Assembly: GCF_006345805.1 (NCBI RefSeq)
Contig: NC_043012.1
Span: 29,574,001-29,638,000 of the forward strand
Length of the DNA: 64,000 bases
Direction of reading: 5' to 3'
Origin: Octopus sinensis
Lineage: Eukaryota
Shown here: piece after piece, positions 13,745-26,000 of the stretch
How positions within the stretch are numbered: position 1 is the first letter of the stretch
Layout: each line of letters starts with the position of its first letter
Program-made: the position numbers and the translations under genes
Notes under the pieces: model-generated
Told to the model about the DNA's origin: nothing
Seen by the model: the letters and a program-made list of their open reading frames with translations, nothing else
Database searches by the model: none

Positions 13745-13958
13745 TGAGGGGCGCTGAAAAGCTTCTGGCTTCAAGGGTATCGTGAAAGGCCTGGTTGGAG
13801 ACCTAGCCTTCTAGGTTCTTTTACAGGGCTTAGAAAAACTTGAAGGACAGCTACAATAAGTGTGTGAATCTGAGATGGAAATATGTTGAATAAAATCATA
13901 ATTACTTGATCCTCTTGTATTTTCTTTTACTCAAATCCAGGAAGTGCTCACCCCCTTC
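13745..13958 (+). mobile_element. Mariner-derived MITE
   Basis: TA then tgaggggcgctgaaaag terminus with a decayed right TIR; carries a transposase C-terminus-like NKCVNLRWKYVE*. Confidence 0.55.
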
Positions 13959-14037
13959 TCTGTATATGTGTGAATGTGTGTGTGTATGGTATTCATGTGT
14001 TCATACACACATAGATACAAAAAGGTTATAAGTTTAA

Positions 14038-14197
14038 CCCCTTAGCATTTAAGCCAGCCATATTTGGTGAAAATAGTCTGCCTGTTTTGCATTCAAACTT
14101 TCCAGATCTGACTTATCACACACATCCTACAATGTCATTCAAAACAATGAGAATAAACAAACAGTACATTCAACAGAGTAATCTGAATGTTAAAGGG
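14038..14197. mobile_element. piggyBac-type MITE
   Basis: TTAA|CCCCTTAGCATT ... AATGTTAAAGGG|TTAA; related copy at about 61105-61330. Confidence 0.7.
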
Positions 14198-14801
14198 TTA
14201 AGAGGAAAACATGTTCAGAAAAACAGTAAAACTTAAGTTCATGATAACAGTAAGGGAAATGTTAGTTTAGAGACAGTTGCAAATTTTTGCAGGTAATAAA
14301 CATAAAATATTTCATATGCCGTAGAATAAGATGAGGATAAAATATGTGTTTGGGGTTTGACTAGAGAAGTTCTTTTAGAATGAGACTCATACAAATGGAT
14401 TTGTACAGTAAAAGAGACCTGGGTTTAAAATGACTAAAAGTCTAAAATATTTTGTGTTGGCAAGAGAAGTACTTTCTCGGTGTTTGTTGAGAGTAGGAGG
14501 TTTAGCTCTCTGTTATGCAAGGATTGCAAAGTCTTTATTTCCAGAATATGATTTTTAGATAAAATATTTTTATGTTAAATTGATAATTTTTAGTTTTCAA
14601 ATTCCATTTCTAAGAGAAAAGAGAAGTCATTGCCATTTGTGTGCATGAGTTTCAGAACATGTGTGTATGCAGGTTGAAATGATGTTCAAATGGTTTAGAA
14701 GTCAGACCAATTATTCCTTTAACTGAGTTTGTACAGTGCACTATTGTGTGTGTGTGTGTGTACGTGTTAATGTACAGACTCCAGCTTCTATCCGTCTTCA
14801 G

Positions 14802-14810
14802 TACTTAGTG
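14802..14810 (+). other. Candidate 9-nt microexon (TACTTAGTG)
   Basis: Acceptor cttctatccgtcttcag and donor GTG|gtaaga; could be a chance match. Confidence 0.2.
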
Positions 14811-15086
14811 GTAAGAGAGGGTGGTGATGGAGAAATGCATCATACATATGCTTCTCCCATCCAGTTATCTCCACCTCTCAGTTACAATGTATCACCTTGT
14901 GGTCCTCAGCATCAGACAGGAGTTGTTTTTATTTTTGTATCTGACCAGAAACCTACCTTCCTCTATGTGTGCATCTATACTTCTTTTTATTTATTTTTGT
15001 ATTCATATCTCTTTTTTATGTATGTCCTTGTGTGTCTTTGCATTTGAAAATGTCTTTATTTACATACATACATTTTCATATATATA

Positions 15087-15389
15087 CTAGCAGTATCGCC
15101 CGGCGTTGCTCGGGTTTGTAAGGGAAATAACTATATAAGCATTTTTAGAGAGTTAATTCCCTTATATAATAGCAAAAAAATGCATTAAAAATGGGAAAAA
15201 ATGATGGTAAATTTTTTTTTAAATCGTAGACTCATCATAGACGCGCGCTAATACCCAGAATGGCTCGATATGAATGACGACTATAAGATACCCGCTTTTG
15301 GTTAAACTGCACCGCAAAATGTGGGAGTAGTTAGGAATCTAAATCGTAGGAGACAGACACTCACACAACTTCACTTTTATATATAAAGA
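15087..15389 (-). mobile_element. Non-autonomous Helitron (copy B)
   Basis: Same 3' 70 bp, hairpin and CTAG|T as copy A; different interior; A|TC 5' end. Confidence 0.7.
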
Positions 15390-15453
15390 TATATATTTAA
15401 ACATAATAAAATAGGGTAATAATAAATTATTATTACCAGTAATATTATTATTC

Positions 15454-15488
<35 letters not shown>

Positions 15489-16454
15489 TGTGTATATGGT
15501 CATATATACATAAGTATATATGTATATATTTACACACACATGCACACATCTTTCCACTCTCTGGTGTTGTAATGGAATTTAAAACCTTCAGCTTATTTAA
15601 AAACGAAAAAAGATAACAACACTAAACTATTTACTAGAGTTTTTCTTATATGTATATAACATTATACATGCATGTATGTATGTGTGTGTGCGTGTATACA
15701 CATACACACACCTCACTGACACGTTTTTGTATCTTTTTTTGTTTTATTCAAATTAATTAAATTTCATGTTGTGGTAGTGGTGGTGGTGGTGGTGGTGGTG
15801 GAGGAGGAGGAGGTTTCTGTTCAGTTTAGCTGTCAAGAAAGTGAAATCTTTGTGTATGGATTGTGTATAGATTTATGTTTGTAAATATGATGTCTGTATG
15901 TGTCTGTACTTATGTATGTATGTGTGTGTGTGCATGTTTTAATGTGCATATGTTTGTGTAAAATAAATGGGCTACCTGTTCATAGATCATTAGTTCAAAT
16001 CCACAACTGGTATTTTGTGTTTCTGGGTCAGCCTTTCCATACATATGCACATATATATTCACACACACACACACACACACACATATTACCAGGTTAGTTT
16101 AAATACCCTGCATTTTATATACATTCATCATCACTATCCTCATCCTAGCTACTTTTATAAGTTCACATGCGTTGGACCAAATTTGTTGATTTAGGTTTTC
16201 TACAGCCTGATGCCCTCCCTTTCACCAACCCTCGCTTGTTTCCAAGTAAGGAAATATTTCCCCTTGACCAGACCTGACTCAGAAGACTGGAAATCAAGGA
16301 CACTGCTTGTATGACAGTGACACTCGCTTACAGCTATCATGTAATGTCAAAGCAAAGAGATAGTAACACACACACATATACATACATTTGTGTGTGTGCA
16401 TGCACACATGCATTCATGTGTGTGTGTGTATATTATATATATATACAAACTTAC

Positions 16455-16568
16455 CATTAACAAAAGTCGGGATGCGTGGTGTTCAGTTATTCCATAAATG
16501 AAAAATGCTTTAAATACTACAAAACGTACAAAAAGAAGGACAGACACAGAAGAACCGTAATTCTTCAT
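16455..16568 (-). CDS. Candidate first coding exon in a CpG-rich patch (MKNYGSSVSVLLFVRFVVFKAFFIYGITEHHASRLLLM)
   Basis: ATG-initiated 38 codons ending ATG|GTAAGT; about 17 CpGs counted in 16440-16800 against a CpG-poor background; hydrophobic N-terminus; a young TE fragment is not excluded. Confidence 0.35.
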
Positions 16569-16945
16569 CGTTTATCGACCGGAAAATACTAATACCCAGT
16601 TTCGTGCCTTTAACGGTAAGACTAGGAACTTCGTATATCGGCGGTACCCGCAAGATTTGCAGAGTATTAGGGCTCAAGCAAACAAAATAATACAGGCAGG
16701 ACGTATGAAAGTAAACAACAGTAATTTGAAACGATAGATGAAGATAATAAATAAATAGATATAGCCTTGGGGCCAAACACGAAAACGAAGGATTAATGCC
16801 TGGGAGAAATCCTCAAATGGATATAAAGAGCAGAATTGAGAAGAGAAAAAAAGGTAGACCCACACATACACAAAACAGGTTTCTTTCAGTTTCCATCTAC
16901 CAAATGAAATTGCAAGGCTTTGAACAGCCCAGGGCTATAGCAAAA

Positions 16946-16988
<43 letters not shown>

Positions 16989-18049
16989 TCACTCTTCCAT
17001 GCTCATACATACTCTTTCTTTATACACACATGCCCACATGCATACACATGTGGAAATAATTGTTAGGATTTAGGATACAAACACAAGTGCATAATGTGAG
17101 TCCATTAATAGTTTTTATATTCTGCTTCATTTCGAGCCAATGGTCGTTAAGCCCGTTATAACGAGCAACCAATTCTCAAGAACTATAATCTCCGAGAGAG
17201 ACAGTCATTCTATAATGATGCCATTTTTGGTAATTTATTATGGAACTGCTTGATCAGGGTTGCATTGTAGGGCCTCCATTGAACAATGTTCACCTTGTGT
17301 GTGTGTGTGTGCACACGCATGTATACATGTGTGTTTGTGTGTGTGTATACATGTATGTTTGTGTTTGTCCTCCACCACTGCTTGACAACCAGTGTTGGTG
17401 TGTTTATGTCCCTGTGACTTAGCGATTCGGCAAAAGAGACTGATAGAATAAGTACCAAGCTTAAAAAATAAATCCTGGGGTCAATTTGTTTGACTAAAGT
17501 TCTTTGAGTTGGTGCCCCAACATGGCCACGATCTAATGACTGAAACAAAGCATAAAAGAACCAGAATAGATGTCTCTTAGCATCTTGTTTGGTCTTTCCA
17601 GAACTGCAAATCTTTGGAAATCTTTATCTGTAGCCCTCTGTGTTCCTTCCATGGATGGACATGGTTTCATTTTGATTTACACTTTGCAGCTGCTTTCTTG
17701 GGTCCTGTCAATCCCATATCCTGTAAGGTAATCAATTCTGAGAGTGAGGGAACCTTCTCTCTATTTTTGAGAGCCAACAGAGACCATGGGTCAATAGAGA
17801 GAGCAGAAAACTCAAAAGAAATAACTTGCATTTTATTACACAAACATAAGAGAAGAAACATACAAAAGCTGTGAGACCCTTTTAAGGATTTATAGGTAAT
17901 GTATATTTCTGGGTTTGTTAGAAAACAAAAATTAGCTTCAGTGGTACATTGATACTGTGGTGAATGGCTATTACACTGGTTCAGTGGTGAATAAATGAAT
18001 ATTGTCACCCTCATAGCCAAGGGCTGGGGTCCTCACCCATCCATTGCAC

Positions 18050-18720
18050 CAATAGGTTCTTTACAAGATAAATAGGCTCAGATGAGGGCCCTTAATTCTC
18101 TTCCAATCCTCTTTGACATCATGGTTATCTACCTTCTTCTTCACTCCTTCAGTTACTCATAATCAATGAATGTTTATTCTTGAAGTTGTCCTTCCCTTAA
18201 TCCAGCTGCCTCCCAAGGCTGCCACACCCAGACCACTCGTGCAGTTACACCATCAATATACTGGTCAGTGCAACATTGCTTTCTCCTGCAGTCATGTCCG
18301 AATAAAAGTTCAGGAGTGCCTCACTGCCAATGACCTGACAGTATTCCAGATACTAACCCAAAATAGTCCCCAGCTCTATTGTTACGTAGTTACTGGTCCT
18401 ATATTGGGTTCATCCATCCTCCTCTTGGCACGTGTTGTTTTCGTGTTGCTGTGGATCTAGAGCCCATACCACCCCCACCATACAAGCCTGGTTGTGTTGT
18501 TGGTTTTATCACCAACCATCCAACCATCCAACAGGTTGCATCAGACTACAACTGCTTCTAGTCGCACTAAGTGCTTGCAAGCAACCTGACACTTCATTCA
18601 TTCTTCACGGCTGCTGAACATGCTAGACTAGCAACCAAATCTCCCTCAAATGACAACCTCCTAGGGGCATATATCCACGGAGTGCTAGGTGAGCATTCCA
18701 CAAACACCAGTGATGTCAAA
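18050..18720 (-). pseudogene. Very decayed RTE 5' region (tentative)
   Basis: Minus-strand SIWNTVRSLA resembles the APE start GTWNVRSL; many stops. Confidence 0.25.
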
Positions 18721-19269
18721 TATTCTTTATAATAATTTCTGTTGTTGATGGAATCTGGTTCCAGTTTTCAAATCCAGTAAAATTCTTTGAGAAAGACTAA
18801 GTCAGGTTGAAGTCATATTCTTTACAGAAATAACCTAGCATTTATTTGTATGTTTATAGTTTATTCAAGGGTGGTAGGGTTACCATGGCAACACACCCTC
18901 TGACAACAACCACCATATTTCACTGCTTCCTACCATCTTTAAAGAAGGGAGACATTGTATAATACAGCCCTAAATACATCATTTATCAAAAGATGGGATG
19001 GTCATGGTGGGAAACCTTTCTGAAATTAAACAGAAATATTTAGGCCCAGCAGTAAATTTTTTATTACTTTATATTGTCCACTCCTTCTCATCTGCCTATG
19101 AGTTCAGTAGATATGACCATCCCTAAAGATTTAATATCCCCTTGTGGAGGTTTCTGCTGTTTTAGCCATTTTGCCTGTACTTACAGGTATCTCTGACACG
19201 TGTTTTGGTCTTCTATACAAGGATGTTAGTCACAGACACCCACAGTAAAGGGGCTGAGGATGGGGGTAT

Positions 19270-19930
19270 GCATATATACATGGGAATGCTGCTCTCTGTG
19301 TAAAATCTATATAGGGTGGTGGGCAGGACATGGAAGTAGAACGTCCAGGTACAACAGGGACACATGATAATGATGATGATGATGATAATGCTGTTGTCTT
19401 GCTGAAAGATCTAAGAAGACTAGGGGACAGAACATGGATAGATTATAATGCTGCTATGTATCAAAGGCTGCAGAGTGGATGGGGTGCATGACATGGATTC
19501 ATGATGGTGATGTTGTCTCTTTGAAAGGTTTTTGGGTAGCGAATGATAATGCTGAGAAGGGTTTTTTTTTTTTTTTTTTTTTTGTATAAGTCATATTTTG
19601 GTTAGTGTGGTGGGACATGGAGACATAATGCTACTGCTGTTTGCCAGAGACCTATATAGGTTCAGCAGGGCAGGGACACAGGAAGATTTGATAATGTTGT
19701 TTTGTCTCTGTAAAAGACCTCTATAGGGTTGGTGGTGTTGGTGGTGGTGGTAGACACTTGATAATGCTCTGGTTCACTGTAAAAGACCTATATAGGGTAG
19801 GAGGACACCTGATAATGTTGCTGTCTCTGTGTCACAGAGTTATATAGGCTCAAGGGATGGGGTGGGAGAAAGAGAGGAACATATGATAATACTGCTGTTG
19901 TTGTTGTTGTTCTCCAGTGAGAGACAGGCT
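19270..19930. repeat. Diverged minisatellite, unit about 55-80 bp
   Basis: Recurring (g)ataatg...gtctctgtaaaagacctatatagggt...gacac blocks, about 9 occurrences of the ataat(g) anchor. Confidence 0.55.
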
Positions 19931-20723
19931 CCGGTCTCAACAGCTGAAAACTGCTACCTCCATGGGGACCCACTTTCAAAACACCTCTTCTGCCTTACTT
20001 TGCCACTTTCAGACAACAACACAACCCCTTCTTTTGTCTCCTCTCCCCCCACCTCCCACCCCTCATAACCTTATTACCATCATGCAGTGATGCTATTTAA
20101 TACTTTTAGAGCAACACATAATTAAAACCATTTCTTCTCTTCCACTGCACTTGTTTTGTTTTTTCTTTTGTTTTTCTTCTCTTTCTCTCTCTCTCTCTCT
20201 CATTTCTTTCTATATTTTTTGTTATTTATTAGCTTTTGTTTTCTGTTTTGTTGGTGTTTTCTAACATAACAATAACAATATTACTATTATTATTATTAGT
20301 AGTAGTAGTAGTAGTAGTAGTAGTACCACCACTTATAATTGTCTTTGTTGTGTGTCTGATGGGTTTTTAAAAATTTTTATATACATTTATAAATATATGT
20401 ATGTCAGTTTGTGCATGCGTGCCTGCATGTGTGTGTGTGTGTGTGTATACATATATATATCCTCATTGACTTCTGTTTCAACATACTTATGTTTCAGTGG
20501 TTGTGGAGGTGGGGAGTAGACAGGGTGGGGAGAGCAGAAGGGGCAAAGGGGGGGGGAGTTAATGCAAAATATTTTTTTTCACTTGCTTCCATAAAACACA
20601 CTAGCAAATACACACACACACATTAACAGGACCAAATAAATAAATAAATAGAAAATAAAATTATCAAATATTTTCTTTCTTTCAGTATCTTCATCATCAT
20701 CATTATTATTATTATTATTATTA

Positions 20724-22024
20724 AAGGCAGTGAGCTGTCAGAATCGTTAGCACACCGGACAAAATGCTTTGTGGCATTTTGGCCGACTTTGCATTCTGAG
20801 TTTAAATTCTGCCGAGGTCGACTTTCCTGTTCCATCCTTTCAGAGTCTATAAAATAAATACCAGTAATGCACTAGGGATGGCATAATCAACTTTACCCTT
20901 GCCCCGAAATTGCTGACCTTGTGCCAAAATTTGAAATCATTATTGTTGTTGTTGTTGCTGGCAAGCTGGCAGAATTGTTAGCATGCCGGACGAAATGCTT
21001 AGCGGCATTTCGCCAGTTGCTACATTTTGAGTTCAAATTCTGCTGAGGTCAACTCTACCTTTCATCTTTTCTGGATCAATAAATCAAGTACCAGTGAAAT
21101 ACTGGGGTCAATATAATCGACTAGTCCCCTCCTCCCAAATTTCAGGCCTTGTGCCCTTAGTAGAGAGGATTATTATTATTATTATTATTATGGTGGCAAG
21201 ATGGCAAAATTGTTAGGATGTTGAACAACATGCTTCGCAGCATTTCGTCCATCTTTATGTTCTGAGTTCAAATGCTGCCAAAGTCAACTTTGCCTTTCAT
21301 CCTTTCGGGGTTGATTAGTACCAACTGAGCGCTGGGGTTGATATATACGACTGTCCATCCCCACCTTAAAATTGCTGGCCTTGTGCCAAATTTTGAACCC
21401 ATTATTATTATTATGAAGGGTGAGCTGGTACAGTTATTAGGATGCCAGACAAAATGCCTAGCAGCATTTTTTTTGTTTTATGTTCTGAGTTCAAATTCTG
21501 CCAAGGTCATGTGTGCCTTTCCTCCTTTCAGGGTCGATAAAATAAGTACCAGTCATGTGCTGGGGTCGATGTAATCCCTTTGAAAACTGCTGAAATGATC
21601 ATTAATATTAAGGTGGAGATACCAAGGTTTGACTTTACTTTTCATCCTTTTGGGGTTGGTAAACTGGGTACCGGTGAAGGCTTGTAGTTTAGTGGTTAGG
21701 GTTTACAGCTCACGATCATAAGGTCATGAGTTCAATTCCTGGCAGAGCATTCTGTCTTTGACATTTTATTTCACGTTGCTCCAGTTCACTCAACTGGCAA
21801 AAATAAGTTGTTCCTTATATTTCAAAGGGGTCAGTCTTGTCACATTCTGTGTCATGTTGAATCTCCCTAAGAATTACATGTCTGAGGTGTGCTCAGCCAC
21901 TTGCATGTTAATTTCATGAGAGCAGGCTGTTCCATTGATTGGATCAACTGGAACCCACGTCGATGCACTCAACTACCCCTTGCCTACCCCCAAATTACAG
22001 GCCTTGTGCCTAAAACAGAAAGGC

Positions 22025-22060
<36 letters not shown>
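20724..22060 (+). mobile_element. Head-to-tail array of about 5 SINE B copies with (ATT)n/(GTT)n tails; last copy split by a SINE A
   Basis: Units start near 20724, 20958, 21191, 21415 and 21610; the SINE B tail resumes after 21965. Confidence 0.75.
21680..21965 (+). mobile_element. tRNA-headed SINE A nested in SINE B
   Basis: tagtttagtggttagg (A box) and gagttcaattcc (B box); body matches 499-797. Confidence 0.7.
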
Positions 22061-23326
22061 CATATGTTATAAATTATTGTTTCGTTGTTGTTTTTTTATG
22101 AGTTAGTATTAATATTATGATGAATGTTTGATAGTTCCCTGAGGAAGAAATATTTCCATACCAACAATATTCCGCCGCCATCGCCATCATTCCGCCAATA
22201 ATGGCAACATTATCTGCCCTCAACAAAGTTTCTAACCTAATTGTCTCTATGACATGGTGGGAAGGGGTTGGGCGGTGAGGTGCAGGGAGGGGAGAGGGAA
22301 CTGATTTAACAACAACAATACACTGTTTCTTTAATTTAATGTGGCTCTCCTTATGGTTGTTGTTGTTAATGGTGGTGGTGGTTGCATTGATAGCGTTGAT
22401 GTTGGTGATGGTGAGGATGATGATGATTGTGATGGTGGTGTTGGAGAGGGGGGTGTTAATAAAAACGGCAGCTTATTGCAAATTGTAATGATGACGATGG
22501 TGGAGATGCTGATGATAACGACGGTGCTAATAATGATGATGATGACAAATGTTACCTGTTTTTGTTGTTATTGTCATTGTTTGGGGTGTTTGGTGTATTC
22601 AGGATGGCTGTGCTGATGGTAGTGGTGCAGACTGAGAGATTCGACAATCTAGTTTATCATAAAAAATATTCTACAATTTTTTTTTTTTTTTAACTATTTT
22701 TATAGTGTTTTGTTAATTTTATTTCTTTTATTTCAAGATACGTATATAATTCCCTTTTTTTTTTGTCTGTTTTTGTTTCAGTCTTCATTTTAATAATAAT
22801 TCTTTCTCGAAATTGAATTTTTTTTTCTTTTTGTATTTGTATTTTTCAAATTGAATTTTTTTATTTTCTTTTGTTTTTATTACAAAGTTTATGGATTGAG
22901 AGAAAAAAAAGAGGGGAAGAGAGAAAAGAGTCCAGCTATTACTTTAACTCTCTCCCCATTCCCTCTCCCCTAGTTCCTCCACCCCCAACCTGCCATCTTC
23001 GTCTTCAGGTTTTGTCTTACATCTGTTGCTTAGTCATGTCTTATCCGCTGTGCCATCTACATTGCTCACCCTCTTGTTTTAAAAAGACAATCCTCCATAT
23101 TAACCCACGACCACCACCACATCACTCCACCCTGCTGTTCGCTACCCCTTGTATTAAATTTCTTTAAAATTGCACCCCACCCTGACTGCTCTCATCTCTC
23201 CTTCCTTCTTCCACATCATTCTGTTGCCATAGATACTTTGTACTTTCTATCTACTCTTTACATTGATGCTTATGATGAATGTGGTGATGATGTTGTATAA
23301 ACAACCATTGTTTTTTTGCTGCTCAG

Positions 23327-23390
23327 GTGACCACCACCTGCTAAAGGATTGCGGTTTGCTTCGTTTCCTTTATAACTTACAGCTGTTAAT
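23327..23390 (+). CDS. Candidate host exon (phase 1-2, DHHLLKDCGLLRFLYNLQLL)
   Basis: Acceptor tttttttgctgctcag and donor AAT|gtatga; open frame; competing splice-like signals lie nearby. Confidence 0.3.
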
Positions 23391-24318
23391 GTATGACAGG
23401 CTTGCAGTTGTTAAGGGTGGAGAGATGTGAAATTGAAACCTGTACCTCTCACATCTACACCTGGTTGTTGTATGACAGTCCTGTGATTGTTGCTGATTAA
23501 ATTGACCTTCCATTAGAGACATCCCTGCCATAACCATCCTGCCTTTTTAAAGGGTTATTATGTTAGACTGCATTATCTCACTTGTCAGTTCTGTATCTGA
23601 GGTGTTGGGAGGAGAGAGAGGTGGGCTCACCACATCTGTTGGTGTATAACAGTCAGCCTGTGGGTTAAGAGTGGGGGATGTAGAAATGACCCCTGTTGCA
23701 CTACTGAAACACATGCAGTCTTTTGATGCATGAGATCCTGTTGTTAAAGAGTGGGAAGATGTACAGATAACCTCTGGGCCCACCACAATCCAAACAGACC
23801 CTCATTAACCACCGTGTTCTTACCTTTTCAAGAAGACCCTCATCCTTAGTCTCCACTTCGCAGGTTTTTTATATTAGCTTTGACTTGTAGGACTTATTAA
23901 GTGACTTTCTCTCTCTCTCCCTCTTACTTTCTCCTAGCCTCCTCTTCAATTAGGGTCCATGATATGACATGTCAATCAATGATAGGTTTACTTCATAGAT
24001 CTGATCAGGGACCTTTTTTTTTGCTTCTCCCTTTATTGAAATTTATCAGGAGAGTAATATGCCCAACCTCCCCTCAAAAAATGAAACACATCATCATCAT
24101 CATCACTACTACAACTCCTTATCAAATTATATTTCTGCATCTTTTAATTGTGTCAGTCATTGGACAGTGGTCATGCTGGGGCACCACCGCAAAGGGTTCA
24201 GTCAAACAGGGAGAGGTGGGGGTATAATCTCTGGTACTTATTTGCTGAATTGCTAAGTCATGGAGACATAAACAAACCAACACCAATTATCAGGTAGTAT
24301 GTATGGGGTAAGAAGCAA

Positions 24319-24418
24319 NNNNNNNNNNNNNNNNNNNNNNNNNNNNNNNNNNNNNNNNNNNNNNNNNNNNNNNNNNNNNNNNNNNNNNNNNNNNNNNNNN
24401 NNNNNNNNNNNNNNNNNN
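24319..24418. other. Assembly gap (100 N)
   Basis: Run of N. Confidence 0.99.
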
Positions 24419-24858
24419 ATTTATAATCAGCCCTCTTTCCCTTTTTCTGGCAAGGATGTAGTCAATCTGGCTGGTGTGTCTGCCAGAACGGTAGGTGACT
24501 AGGTGAGAGGTGGGTTTCCTGAAGTGGGTATTGCAGACCATAAGGTCATTTGCATCGCAGAACTCCAGCAGCCTGGTTCCTTCCTCATTTCGAGAGCCAA
24601 AACCGTAGCCTCCATGGAAGCCATGGAAGCCCCCGACATGTCGTCCAACATGTCCATTGAAATCACCTGCCACGAAGAGAAGGTCACTGTCATTTGTCAA
24701 TGAGGTAGTCCGCAATAGGGTGTCATAGAATTGGTCTTTTTGTCCTTCCGGTAGCCCTGGTTGAGGGGCATATGCCGAGATGATGGTAGCTGTCCTATGG
24801 TGAAGAACTAATCTAATTTTAATTACTCTGTCACTTACTCTGACTACCTCGATTACAT
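24419..24858 (-). mobile_element. RTE LINE APE endonuclease fragment running into the gap
   Basis: VAGDFNGHVG...GGYGFGSRNEEGTRLLEFC...NTHFRK...SQIDYIL. Confidence 0.9.
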
Positions 24859-25414
24859 ATATATATATTGTATATATATATTGTATATATATATCATCAT
24901 CTTCTCCTTCTCCTTCTTCATCATCATCATCATCAACATCGTCATCTTCTTCTTCTTCTACTTCTCCACCTCCTACCCCTTAACTTTGTCACTAATGTTT
25001 TTTAGTATAACACCTATGCGAATTCCATAAACAAGCCTTTCAATAGAAATATTCTCTTGAATTGAACTGCTACTGCTAGCCGCCACTGACCATTCAAAAT
25101 ACGACCATCAGGGCACTCCCAGATTTTCCCATCAGCCTTCTTCCTCTTCTACCCTACCAAGAACTCACAAGGACCTCGAACACACAAGTGCAAACAAGGG
25201 AGTCAGAGAAAGGCAGAATGCCACTTATATCTGAACACTACTATAGAAATATTCCTTTTAAAAAAACTTTTCTTCTAATTTTTCTAAATTTAATTATTTA
25301 ATCGTTACAGTTGAAAGGTCTCAAAATGACCGAAACCAGTACTGAAATGTTCACTATAAAATTATTTTAGCATTTTCTATTTTGACTTGTTTTTTCATAT
25401 ATATATATACATAT

Positions 25415-25470
<56 letters not shown>

Positions 25471-25654
25471 TACATATATATATGTCTGTGTTTGTGTGTA
25501 TTATATATAATATATATATATATTGTGTGTGTATTATATATATATATATATATATTGTGTGTGTATTATAATATATATATATACCGGAGTAAACACATAA
25601 ATGTGAAACAAGGTGGAAAAAAGAGTACTCAAATACCAGTGGTAGAGTAATATG

Positions 25655-25792
25655 CTTTATTTTAAGCAGCAGAAAATTCAACAAAATCTGTTACTCTGAG
25701 TTTCTCGTTGCCGTTCATCTCGTTGCTGATGAACGGCAACAAGAAACTCAGAGTAACAGATTTTGTTGAATTTTCTGCTGCTTAAAATAAAG
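25655..25792. repeat. Foldback (65-bp arms, 8-nt loop) of a probable PLE terminal-repeat family carrying hammerhead-like motifs
   Basis: Arms 25655-25719 and 25728-25792 with one mismatch; CTGATGA...GAAACTCAGAGTA at 25726-25755. Confidence 0.8.
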
Positions 25793-25794
25793 TA

Positions 25795-25836
<42 letters not shown>

Positions 25837-25892
25837 GTGTGTATTATATATATATATTTGTGTGTGTATTATATATATATTTGTGTGTGTAT

Positions 25893-25927
<35 letters not shown>

Positions 25928-25948
25928 ATTATTATATATAATATATAT

Positions 25949-25979
<31 letters not shown>

Positions 25980-26000
25980 ATTATATATATATATATATAT

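Noticed and set aside
16796-16853. MPGRNPQMDIKSRIEKRKK as first exon of the plus-strand chain
   Set aside because: It is phase-compatible, but the donor gtagac is weak and abuts a SINE.
19187-19244. Exon-like signals on both strands around acttacag
   Set aside because: The same motif reads as a plus acceptor and a minus donor, several frames and donors fit, and nothing discriminates among them.
21680-21760. tRNA gene
   Set aside because: A and B boxes are present but there is no complete cloverleaf and it continues into a SINE body; the same applies to SINE C heads.
23547-23786. S/T/P-rich minus-strand ORF
   Set aside because: An in-frame stop lies just upstream, the start is GTG, and no splice acceptor or homology supports it.
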